Below are positions 13,257 to 23,649 of a stretch of 64,000 nucleotides of DNA, one piece after another. Within the stretch, counting starts at the first letter, position 1. Each line of letters opens with the position of its first letter. Source of the DNA: Paramoeba atlantica (lineage: Eukaryota; Protista; Discosea); the NCBI GenBank assembly GCA_977017575.1, contig CDRNVI010000153.1, positions 64,329 through 128,328 of the forward strand. Direction: 5' to 3'. The position numbers were made by a program, and so were the translations under genes. Under the pieces are notes generated by a model. The model was given only the letters and a program-made list of their open reading frames with translations. It was not told the DNA's origin and did no database searches.

Positions 13257-14123
13257 ATGGGGAATGGTCTTCGAAAAGAAAGATCAAAAAAGAGGGATGG
13301 AAAAGAAGAAGAAAGATTTTCTCGACCATCACAGATGAAGGTTGAAATGGAAGGTCCTGGTGGAGTTGGTAAGAGTTCCCTCAGTATTCGCTATGTCCAA
13401 GTTTTGTTTTCTTTTTCTTCTGTTTTTTCTTTTTTTTATTTTTTATTTTTATTTTTGAAGGATTTTTTTTCTTTTTCTTTTTCTTTTTCTCAGGGTAATT
13501 TTGTGGAGTATTATGATCCAACAATTGATGACTCGTTTGAATTTTCTTCTCTTCTCTTTGATTTTCTTCTCTTTCTCTTTTTTCATCCTCAAGTTCACCA
13601 ATCACAGTTACCGAAAACAGATCATTTTGTTGGCTGATGAACAACCAATTTTCTTTGACATAATTGGTTTTCATTCTCTCTTTTTGCTCATTCATTTCCA
13701 AAAAAAATGTTTTTTAAAAAGAGAGATTCTATTTTTTCAGATGAACCAGGACAAGAAGAATTTATCTCATTGAAAGAGCAGTTCATTCGAGATGCAAGAT
13801 GTTTCTTCTTTGTATATTCAATCGCTGCCCTACAATCTTTTGATGAGATTGAAACCTTCATTCAGAGGGTGGAAAGAATGAAAGATCGTTCAATTGAAGG
13901 AATTGGAATTTTGATTGGAAACAAAGTTGATCTTGAAGAACATCGACAAGTCCCAAAATATAAAGGAGAGGAATTGGCCACACGATATCAAATCCCTTTC
14001 TTTGAAACAAGTGCAAAGACAGGAGAGAATGTTGAAGAGATGTTTCAAGCTCTTGGATCATTGATTATTTATGGAGAACCTTTTTATCAATCCTGTAAAA
14101 ATATTAAGTCAGCAAAGAGATGA
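13257..14123 (+). CDS. Ras-like small GTPase, copy 4
   Basis: GPGGVGKS, GNFVEYYDPTIDDS, DEPGQEEF, NKVD, ETSAK. Confidence 0.9.
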
Positions 14124-14246
14124 TGACCAATTTGAATTGCTTGTTTCAAAAACAAACAAGATTGAACACAAAAGTCTCTGGCCAGAAAAAGAGAGAGAAG
14201 AGATTATTTTCGAAGAAAGTAAATTTTCTTAAAGAAGCGAAGAAAT

Positions 14247-14249
<3 letters not shown>

Positions 14250-14290
<41 letters not shown>
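14250..14290. repeat. (CT)n microsatellite in an array spacer
   Basis: Perfect dinucleotide run of ~40 nt. Confidence 0.95.
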
Positions 14291-14297
<7 letters not shown>

Positions 14298-14613
14298 AGA
14301 ATCAATCTCTTCATCAGATTTTCTCTTCCTCTCTGTCTTGATTTCATCAATCTCTCAAAAACCCCAAAAAAAACATCTTCTTTTTCAACTCCACTCTCTC
14401 TCTCTCTTCTTAAAATCCCTTGAAACAAATGGAATCAAAATGAAAAAGAAGAACAACCCCAGAGACAAAAAAAAAATAGCTGAAAAATCAAGAGCTCTTA
14501 AAAATTGCGAAGAGAGCGTTCTCTCTTTCTCTCGTTTCTTTCTCTCTCAAAAACTAAAATTACAATCTTGAAAAATTCATTCCAACACTCCAAAAAAAGA
14601 AGAAGAAAAGAAA

Positions 14614-15515
14614 ATGGGGAATGGTCTCCTAAAAGAAAGACCAAAAAAGAGGGTTGTGGAAGAAAGAAGACCAAAAAAAGAAGAAGAAGAAGAAAGATTC
14701 TTTCGACCATCACAGATGGAGATTGCATTGGATGGTTTTGGTGCAGTTGGGAAGAGTTCTCTTATTATTCGCTTTGTCCTTGTTTTGTTTTTCTTTTTCT
14801 TTTTTTCTTTTTCTTTTTTCTTTTTCTTTTTTTTGAAAAGGATTTTGAAAGAATGATTTTTCTTTTTCAGAATTGTGATTTAGTGGAGTTAGATAATTCA
14901 ATAAGAGACGATTCGTTTGAATTTTCTTCTCTTTGATTTTCTCTTTCTCTTTTTTTCAACCTCAAGTTCATCACAGTTTCCGAAAACAAATCTTTTTGTC
15001 AGCTGATGAAAAACCACTTCAATTTGAGATACCTGGTTTTTCATTTTTCTCTTTCTTCTCAATCATTCATTTCCAAAAAAAAATAGTTTTTTTAAAAAGA
15101 GATTTATTCTATTTTTTTTTCAGATCTAAGAAAACATGAATGTCCTCTCAAAGAGAGGATGCGGAAAGATTATTTGGTTCGAGATGCAAGAGGGTTCTTC
15201 TTTGTGTATTCAATCACTTCCCCAGAATCTTTTCGTGCGATTGAGCCCCTCATTCAGTGGGCGGAAAGAGTGAAAGATTGTTCAATTGAAGGAATTGGAG
15301 TTTTGATTGGAAACAAAGTTGATCTTGAAGAAGATCGACAAGTCCCAAAAGATCAAGGAGAAGAATTGGCCAAACGTTATGGAATCCCTTTCTTTGAAAC
15401 AAGTGCAAAGACAGGAGAGAATGTTGAAGAAATGTTTCAAGCTCTTGGATCATTGGTTATTTATGGAGAACCTATTTACCCATCCAGTAAAAATATTAAG
15501 TCAGCAAAGAGATGA
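14614..15515 (+). CDS. Ras-like small GTPase, copy 5 (G3 motif lost)
   Basis: GFGAVGKS, NCDLVELDNSIRDDS, DLRKHECPLKERMR, NKVD, ETSAK; frame intact. Confidence 0.87.
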
Positions 15516-15756
15516 CTGACAATTGTGATTGTTTGTTTCAAAAAAAACAAAAAAACATGACAAAAAAGAAACAAAAGATTATCCTCCCCACAACAAACAA
15601 TTCAAAAATCAAGAGCTCTAAAAATTGAGAAACTCTGCTGTTCTTTTTCGTTTCTCTCTCTCTTTCTCTTTCGCTTCTCTCTCGTTTTTCCCTTTTTGAG
15701 AACGCAAGTAGTAACAACAAACAGTGAAATTGTTTGCAATCCCCCAAGAAAAGAAA

Positions 15757-16588
15757 ATGGGGAATGGTCTCCGAAAAGAAAGAAGATCAAAAAAGAGGGT
15801 TGTGGAGATTGCATTCCAAGGTCCTCGTGGAGTTGGTAAGAGTGCCCTCGGTATTCGTTTTGCCCAAGTTTTATCTTCTTTTTCTTTTTCTTTTTCTTTT
15901 TCTTTTTCTTTTGAAAATATTTTTGAAGGATTGTTTTCTTTTCTTTTTCTTAGAACCATTTTGTGAAGGGATATGATCCATCAATTGATGACTAGTTTGA
16001 ATTTTCTTCTCTTTGATCTTCTCTTTCTCTTTTTTCATCCTCGAGTCACAGTCACCTAAAACGAGTCATTTTGTTGGCTGATGAACAACCACTTTTCTTT
16101 GAAATACCTGTTTTTTTTTCTCTCTTTCTTATTTTAATCATTCATTTCAAAAAATTAGTTTTTTAAAAGAGATTTATTCTCTTTTCTCAGATCCAAGAGA
16201 AGGACAATCTCTTGTCTTAGAGAGGATGCTGAGAGATGAGATCATTTTAGGTGCAAAAGGATTCTTCTTTGTGTATTCAATCACTTCCCCAGAATCTTTT
16301 GATGAGATTGAAACCTTCATTCAGAGGGTGGAAAGAGTGAAAGATTGTTCAATTGAAGGAATTGGAATTTTGATTGGAAACAAAGTTGATCTTGAAAAAG
16401 ATCGACAAGTCTCAAAATATAAGGGAGAGGAATTGGCCAAACGTTATCAGATTCCTTTCTTTGAAACAAGTGCAAAGACAGGAGAGAATGTTGAAGAAAT
16501 CTTTCAAACTCTTGGATCATTGATTATTTATGGAGACCCTTTTTACCAATTTGATGGGTGTAAAAATATTAAGGCAGCAAAGAGATGA
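15757..16588 (+). CDS. Ras-like small GTPase, copy 6; intron-3 donor mutated, possible pseudogene
   Basis: GPRGVGKS, NHFVKGYDPSIDDY, DPREGQ. At 16110 the sequence reads CCTG-TTTT where other copies have CCTG-GTTTT. Confidence 0.75.
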
Positions 16589-16904
16589 CAATTGTGATTG
16601 TTTTGTTTCAAAAAAAAACAAAACAACTGACAAAAAAGAAACAAAATATTTCCTCCCCACAACAAACAAAAAATATCCAAATGATCCAAAGAGACAATTC
16701 AAAAATCAAGAGCTCTAAAATCGAGGAACTCTTTCTTTTTCGAAAATTTCTGACTCGTTTCGATTGTTTGTTTTTTGTGGTTCTATCGTTTCTCTCTCGC
16801 TTCTCTCGTTTCTCTCTCGTTTCTCTCTCTCTCATTGTAAAAAACTAAAATTACAATCTTGAAAATTCATTCCACCCCTCCAAAACGAAAAAGAAGAAAA
16901 GAAA

Positions 16905-17780
16905 ATGGGGAATGGTCTCCGAAAAGAAGGAAGACCAGAAAAGAGGGTCGAAGAAGAGTTCTTTCGACCATCAGAGATGGATATTGCATTGCAAGGTTCT
17001 GATAGGGTTGGGAAGAGTGCCCTCATTGTTCGCTTTGTCCTAGTTTTGTTTTCTTTTTCTGTTTTTTTTTTTCTTTTTTTTTTTGAAAATATTTTTTGAA
17101 GGATCTTTTTCTTTTTCTTTTTTATTCAGAATTATTATTATTTAGTGGATAAAGTAAAGCTTGACGAAAAGTTTGAATTTTGTTCTTCTCTTTGATCTTT
17201 TTCTCTCTTTCTCTTTTTTCATCCTCACGTTCATCAATCACAGATACCGAAAACAAATCACTTTGTTGGCTGATGACCAACCACTTCAATTTGAGATACC
17301 AGGTTTTCATTCTCTTTCTTTCTTCTTAATCATTCATTTCCAAAAAATTATTTTTTTTTTAAAAGGGAGATTTATTCTCTTTTTTCAGATCCAAGAGAAG
17401 GAGAATCTCCTCTCTCAGCGATGATGCGGAGAGAAGAGAACATTCAAGATGCAAGAGGGCTCTTCTTTGTGTATTCAATCACTTCCTCAGCATCTTTTCA
17501 TGAGATTGAGCCCTTCATTCAGAGGGTGGAAAAAATGAAAGATTGTCCAATTGAAAAAATGGGAGTTTTAATTGGAAACAAAGCTGATCTTGAAGAACAT
17601 CGACAAGTCCCAAGAGAGAAAGGAGAGGAATTGGCCAAACGTTATGGGATCCCTTTCTTTGAAACAAGTGCAAAGACAGGAGAGAATGTTGAAGAGATGT
17701 TTCAAGCTCTTGGATCATTGGTTATTTATGGAGAACCTATTTACCAATCCTGTAAAAATATTAAGTCAGCAAAGAGATGA
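16905..17780 (+). CDS. Ras-like small GTPase, copy 7
   Basis: GSDRVGKS, NYYYLVDKVKLDEK, DPREGE, NKAD, ETSAK; frame intact. Confidence 0.87.
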
Positions 17781-18362
17781 CTGACAATTGATTATTTGTT
17801 TTTTTATTGGATCGTGGGTTCAAAAATCTTTGCCATTTTCAAATCGATGTTTCTCAGAACCCTTTCATGAAAGAAGGTTTTTTTTTTGAAGAGTGTTTTT
17901 ATTTAAATTAAACTTCAATAATAATTATTATTCCGATTTGAAAAAATTCAACGTTCTGATGCCCATCAAAATGAGAATTCTCCCCTTGAAAAAATCAACA
18001 CAAAAAGACCATTTTTGACCAATTTTTTGTCAAACTTTCCGGTTTCTCTCTTTCTTTTTCGTTTCTCTCTTCTCGCTCATTGGCCCAAAATTACGCTGTG
18101 TTAAATATTTGGTGACCAAAAACCATTTTCGGTGAATCCTTTTCTTTGTTCTTGCGAAATTAATCTCATTCTTTCTTTTCCCGAATTTCATTTCCCTTTA
18201 TTCCCTTTTCCTTTGTTGTAGAGTACTTTTGGAGCCCTGTCTTCAGCCATTCCCACGTTTTCCTAGAGAAGGCTAGTTCTTCATTGTTCGTGCCATCCTG
18301 TGAATTTTACACAGTCTTGAAATCCATTCCAACTCTCCAAAAAAAAAAGAAAGAAGAAGAAA

Positions 18363-19204
18363 ATGGGGAATGGCCTTCAAAAAGAAAGAAAAAAAAAGAG
18401 GGTTGGGGAAGAAGAAAGACCATTAATTTACCTGAATATTACATTCCAAGGTCCTGGTGGAGTTGGGAAGAGTTCCCTTGCTCTTCGCTATTTCCAAGTT
18501 TTGTTTTCTTTTTCTTTTTCTTTTTGAAAATATTTTTGAAGGATTATTTTCTTTTTCTTTTTCTCTTCAGAATCTTTTCGTGGATCAGTATGATCCAACA
18601 ACTGATAACTAGTTTGAATTTTCTTGTTCTCTTTGATCTTCTCTTTCTCTTCTTTCATCCTCAAGTTCATTAATCAAAGTTTCCGAAAACACACCATTTT
18701 GTTGGCTGATGAAAAACTAATTTTCTTTGAAATACTTGGTTTTCATTCTCTCTTTCTTATTGTAATCATTCATTTCAAAAAAAATTAGTTTTTTAAAAGA
18801 GAGATTCTATTTTTTCAGATAAAGCAGGAGGAGAAAAATTTATGGCATCGAGAGATCGGAACATTCAAAACGCAAGAGGATTCTTCTTTTTTTATTCAAT
18901 CACTTCCTCACAATCTTTTGATGAGATTGAAACCTTCATTCAGAGGATGGAAAGAGTGAAAGATCGTTCAATTGAAGGAATTGGAGTTTTGATTGGAAAC
19001 AAAGTTGATCTTGAAGAAGAACATCGACAAGTCCCAAAATATAAGGGAGAGGAATTGGCCAAACATTATGGAATCCCTTTCTTTGAAACAAGTGCAAAGA
19101 CAGGAGAGAATGTTGAAGAGATGTTTCAAGCTCTTGGATCATTGGTTCTTTATGGAGAACCTTTTTATCGATCCGGTAAAAATATTAAGTCAGCAAAGAT
19201 ATGA
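18363..19204 (+). CDS. Ras-like small GTPase, copy 8
   Basis: MGNGLQKERKKKR..., GPGGVGKS, NLFVDQYDPTTDNY, DKAGGEKF, NKVD, ETSAK. The intron-2 acceptor is AAG rather than CAG. Confidence 0.87.
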
Positions 19205-19557
19205 CAATTGTGATTGTTTGTTTCAAAAAAAACAAAAAAACATGACAAAAAAGTTGTTTCAATCTGCCTTTGCCAATTTTTTTCAATCTTTGAAAGAAGA
19301 GATTATTTTCAAAGAATGATATTATTTTAAATTGAGATTCAATAATTCTTATGAATAATTCAAAAACTCAAAACTCAAAAATGCAACAAAAATATGGTTC
19401 AAAAATCAAGAGCTCTAAAATTGAGAACTCTTTCTTTCTGTTTCTCTTTCGTTTTTTTCTCTCTCTCTTTCTCTTTCGTTTCTCTCTTTCATTCTCTCGC
19501 TCATTGCCCTAAAATTACAGTCTTAAAAATTCAATCCAAAAAAACAGAAGAAAGAAA

Positions 19558-20464
19558 ATGGGGAATGGTCTTCGAAAAGAAAGAAGATCAAAAAAGAGGG
19601 TTGGAGAAGAAGAAGAAGAAGAAGAAAGATTCTCTCGACCATCACAGCTGAAGATTGGAATGGAAGGTTCTTATAAAGTTGGTAAGACCGCCCTCATTTC
19701 TCGCTTTGGCTCAGTTTTGTTTTTTCTTTTTCTTCTGTTTTTTCTTTCTCTTTTTCTTTTCAAATATTTATTGAAGGATTATTTTCATTTTTCTTTTTTC
19801 TTTTCCTTTTCTCAGGGTTATTTTGTGGAGGAATCTGATCTATCAGTTCAGGACAGGTTTGAATTTTCTTCTTCTCCTCTTTGATCTTCTCTTTCTCTTT
19901 TTTCATCCTCAAGTTCATCAATCACAGTAACAAATTCCAAATCATTTTGTTGGCTGATGAACAGCCAATTGAATATGATCTAATTGGTTTTCATTTTCTC
20001 TTTCTTATTTTAATCATTCATTTCAAAAAATTAGTTTTTTAAAAGAGATTTATTCTCTTTTCTCAGATCCAAGAGAAGGAGAATCTCTTGTCTTTGAGAT
20101 GATTCTGAGAGATGAGATCATTCTAGATACAAGATGTTTCTTCTTTGTGTATTCAATCACTTCCTCACAATCTTTTGATGAGATTGAAACCTTCATTCAG
20201 AGGGTGGAAAGAGTGAAAGATCGTTCAATTGAAGGAATTGGAGTTTTGATTGGAAACAAAGTTGATCTTGAAGCAGATCGACAAGTCTCAAAATATAAAG
20301 GAGAGGAATTGGCCAAACGTTATCAGATCCCTTTCTTTGAAACAAGTGCAAAGACAGGAGAGAATGTTGAAGAGATGTTTCAAACTCTTGGATCATTGAT
20401 TATTTATGGAGAACCTTTTTACCAATCTGGAGGGTGTAAAAATATTAAGGCAGCAAAGAGATGA
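19558..20464 (+). CDS. Ras-like small GTPase, copy 9
   Basis: GSYKVGKT, GYFVEESDLSVQDS, DPREGE, NKVD, ETSAK. Confidence 0.87.
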
Positions 20465-21109
20465 CTGACAATTGATTGTTCAAAAAAAACCAACTGACTA
20501 AAAAGAAACAAAATGCTCCCACAACAAACTCCCCTAAACCATCCTCAACTTTTTCTCCAACAAAAAACCCTCCTTCAAAAACTGTAAACCCTCGATTTCT
20601 TCAGGTATCAAATCTCTTCCTCCTTTCTCTCTCTCTCAGAAAAACCTTCCTCTTACAAGCTCCTTCTTCTTCTTCTTCTTCCCCACTCTCCCACATCTTT
20701 CTTCAAATGACAAAAGGAAAATAGAACAGTTCTCGATCCTTGTCGAGCCTTCTTCCATTTCATTTCTTCTATTCCATTTCTTCCATTCCATTTCTTCCAT
20801 TCCAAGAATATCTCAGGTGTCTTTCAACAGATGATGCCACAGATTTTGTTTCTTTCTCTCTCTCTTTTCTTAAAACCCCCTTGGAACAAATGGAATAAAA
20901 TTATGAAAAACAAATGACAAAAATTGGTTTCAAAAATCAAGAGCTCTAAAAATTTTATTGCAAAGAGGGGTTCTCTCTTTTCTCTCGTTTCTCTCTCGTT
21001 TCTCTCTCATTGTAAAAACTAAAATTACTCTCTCTTTTCTCTCTCATTGTCCTAAAATTGCAGTCTTGAAAATTCATTCCAACTCTCTAATAGAAAAGGA
21101 GAAAAGAAA

Positions 21110-21971
21110 ATGGGGAATGGTCTCCAAAAAAGAGAAGAAAAGGAAGAAGAAGAAAGATTCTTTCGACCATCACAGATGGCGATTGCATTGGAAGGTTCTG
21201 ATAAAGTTGGGAAGAGTTCCCTCCTTTCTCGCTTTGTCCTAGTTTTGTTTCTTTTCTTTTTTCTTTTTCTCTTTTTTTTTTTGGAAAGTATTTTGAAGAA
21301 TTATTTTCTTTTTCTTTTTCTTTTTCTCAGAATTATTTAGTGGATGAAGAGGATCGAGCAATTGGCGAAAAGTTTGAATTTTGTTCTTCTCTTTAATCTT
21401 CTCTTTCTCTTTTTTCATTCTCAAGTTCAGCAATCACAGTTACCGAAAACGAATCATTTTGTCAGCTGATGAACAACCACTTCTATTTGAGATACCTGGT
21501 TTTCCTTCTCTCTTTCTTATCAATCATTCATTTCAAAAAAAAATAATTTTTTAAAAGAGAGATATTCTATTTTTTTCAGATACAGAAGGAGAAGGCTTTT
21601 TAGTCTTAGAGATGATGCGGAGAAAAGAGATCAATGAAGATGCAAGAGGATTCTTCTTTGTTTTTTCAATCACTTCCCAAGAATCTTTTGATGAGATCGA
21701 ACCCACCATTCAAATGATAAAAGGTATGAAAGAGCACCCAATTGAAAGAATTGGAATTTTGATTGGAAACAAAGTTGATCTTGAAGACGATCGACAAGTC
21801 TCAAAAGAGAAAGGAGAGGAATTGGCCAAACGTTATGGGATCCCTTTCTTTGAAACAAGTGCAAAGACAGGAGAGAATGTTGAAGAGATGTTTCAAGCTC
21901 TTGGATCATTGGTTATTTATGGAGACCCTTTTTACCGATCCTGTAAAAATATTAAGTCAGCAAAGAGATGA
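21110..21971 (+). CDS. Ras-like small GTPase, copy 10
   Basis: GSDKVGKS, NYLVDEEDRAIGEN, DTEGEG, NKVD, ETSAK. Confidence 0.87.
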
Positions 21972-22398
21972 CAATTGTGATTGTTTGTTTCAAAAAGATT
22001 TGAACACAAAAGTTTTTTTTGTGATAGAAGAGATTTTTTTTTGGATGGCGGATTCAATCTTTGCCATTTTCAAATTGATGTTTCTCAGGATCCTTTCATG
22101 AAAGAAGGTTTCTTTTTTGAGAGGGAATCATTATTTAAATTAAACTTCAATAATTATTCTGATTTGAAATAATTCAACGTTCTGATGTCCATCAAAACGA
22201 GAATTCTCCCTTGAATATACCATCAACACAAAAAGACCACGAGAAAGAAAAGGAGAAATGCCTCGCAGGTGAAAAGATGCTCCTTTTACGGTGATGAAGA
22301 GAGAGAACTTCGAGAGAAAGAATAGGATTTGAGTCCAATTTTTTGTTTTCGCGTTGGTCTTGCCATATTTTGCCACAACTCCCTCCAACAGAATGGAT

Positions 22399-22820
22399 CT
22401 TAACAATTTTAGATTTTCTAGCTCTCACACTTGAAAGTCCTCTTTATACCCCACCTGAGATATCTTCGAGTGAAGATTGGAACAGCAAGCTTCATTGATT
22501 GCCCAAGAGCTAAGGTGAGCAATGAAATGAGAATAAAAACGAAGCCTGTGGAACGACCACCACATCAAAGACACCACTTCAACAAATGGCATAACAACCA
22601 AACCAGGGATAACTGATATCACAACAATAACCACAATGCCGACAAGTTTTGCCAGATGCCAAAGTAAAGAATGACCACTTTCGTTGGATAAATCATCATT
22701 GTACCAGGAGCAGTGTGATGATACCATTTGGCGGGAGTGTGGAATTTCGACCAATTTGAATCTGATCAAATCTCATGACCCCTGTGCTTTCAAATGAATA
22801 GGCAGTCACATGTGCACCAC
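22399..22820. pseudogene. Rearranged relic of the FAAL-Pls-like gene 3' module
   Basis: 22399-22503 matches the reverse complement of ~3003-3115. 22502-22820 matches ~3952-4370 in direct orientation with internal deletions and frameshifts. Confidence 0.88.
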
Positions 22821-23649
22821 AAGTTTTGGTACTGACCTTTCCGGGCCTCCCCTTGCAATCAAACGAGAATTCAATGGCGAGCGAAGAATGAATGAATATT
22901 CAATCCATGAAACAAGAGAGCCCAATCCCAGGTAATGGTTTGAGTCAATATGTCCAATAAAATAATAACATAGAACAATCTCAAAATACGCATTAAACAA
23001 TTAAATTTGTTGATGTTCTTTTCCAGTCGTCTCACATGCTGAATTGGTTGTTGACATATTGGTTGCCCAACTTCTTCTTCTCAGCTTACCCACGAGTGTG
23101 CCTTGAAAGAAAAAGCTTCAGATACTCTTGAATGGGGTGGCCACTTCTTGGCACAACAATTGAATACCACTGACACTACGACAAAGACACAGTCCATTCT
23201 GTTTTTCTTCCCTCTGTTGCGCGCAATCCTCCGCTGGCTCCGCCAATGGATGTAACTTGGGTATTTATGTTGATAAACACAAGATTGTTGACCAACATCA
23301 CCTCACAATCCCAACTCGACCAACCCTTGTCAATAAAAACGATTGCCATTTGCCAATTATCAACAACAGGGGACCAATTGACCGATGCCAATATTTTTAT
23401 CGTGTTGATTTCGCGCTTTTGTTTTCTCTGGTTTCTCTTCTTATTGTCTCTTTCTTTTCAATCTTCCTCGATTTTGTTCGAATCTTCCTTCAATTTATGC
23501 TGACGACTCATATTTATCTTCTTCCAATTAACCCCTTTTACTCCTTTTACTTCTCAACCAGAAAAATGAAGAGATGTTCTCATTCAACGTCGACCATTGC
23601 AATCTTCGATTTTCACCAAAAAAATTCTTTCTCACTCGCACCAAAACCT

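Larger units (their letters stand above)
9515..20947 (+). promoter_or_regulatory. Conserved upstream motif CAAAAATCAAGAGCTCTAAAA in front of 9 of 10 Ras copies (span given; see evidence for sites)
   Basis: Core AATCAAGAGCTCT at 9515, 10834, 12057, 13138, 14486, 15607, 16704, 19404 and 20935, 115-200 nt before each ATG; absent before copy 8. Regulatory role is inferred. Confidence 0.55.
9500..22240 (+). repeat. Tandem array of ten ~1.0-1.5 kb units, each with one 4-exon Ras-like gene
   Basis: Near-identical exon 4 (GNKVDLEE...PFFETSAKTGENVEE) recurs at ~10.2, 11.6, 12.8, 13.9, 15.3, 16.4, 17.6, 19.0, 20.3 and 21.8 kb, with the same three intron positions and shared spacer blocks. Confidence 0.97.

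Noticed and set aside
9500-21000. Regularly spaced AAGAGCTCT repeats as a CRISPR array
   Set aside because: Spacing is over 1 kb with a gene in each unit, the context is eukaryotic, and there are no cas genes.
10179-21909. Repeated 67-79 aa minus-strand ORFs (MIQELE...) and +1-frame METKLILK ORFs
   Set aside because: Shadow frames of the conserved Ras exon 4; they recur only because the exon is duplicated.
914-21971. RT near a hypervariable gene array as a diversity-generating retroelement
   Set aside because: The RT has LINE motifs and is frameshifted. No template/variable repeat pair is present, and the variation is not adenine-restricted and includes in-frame indels.
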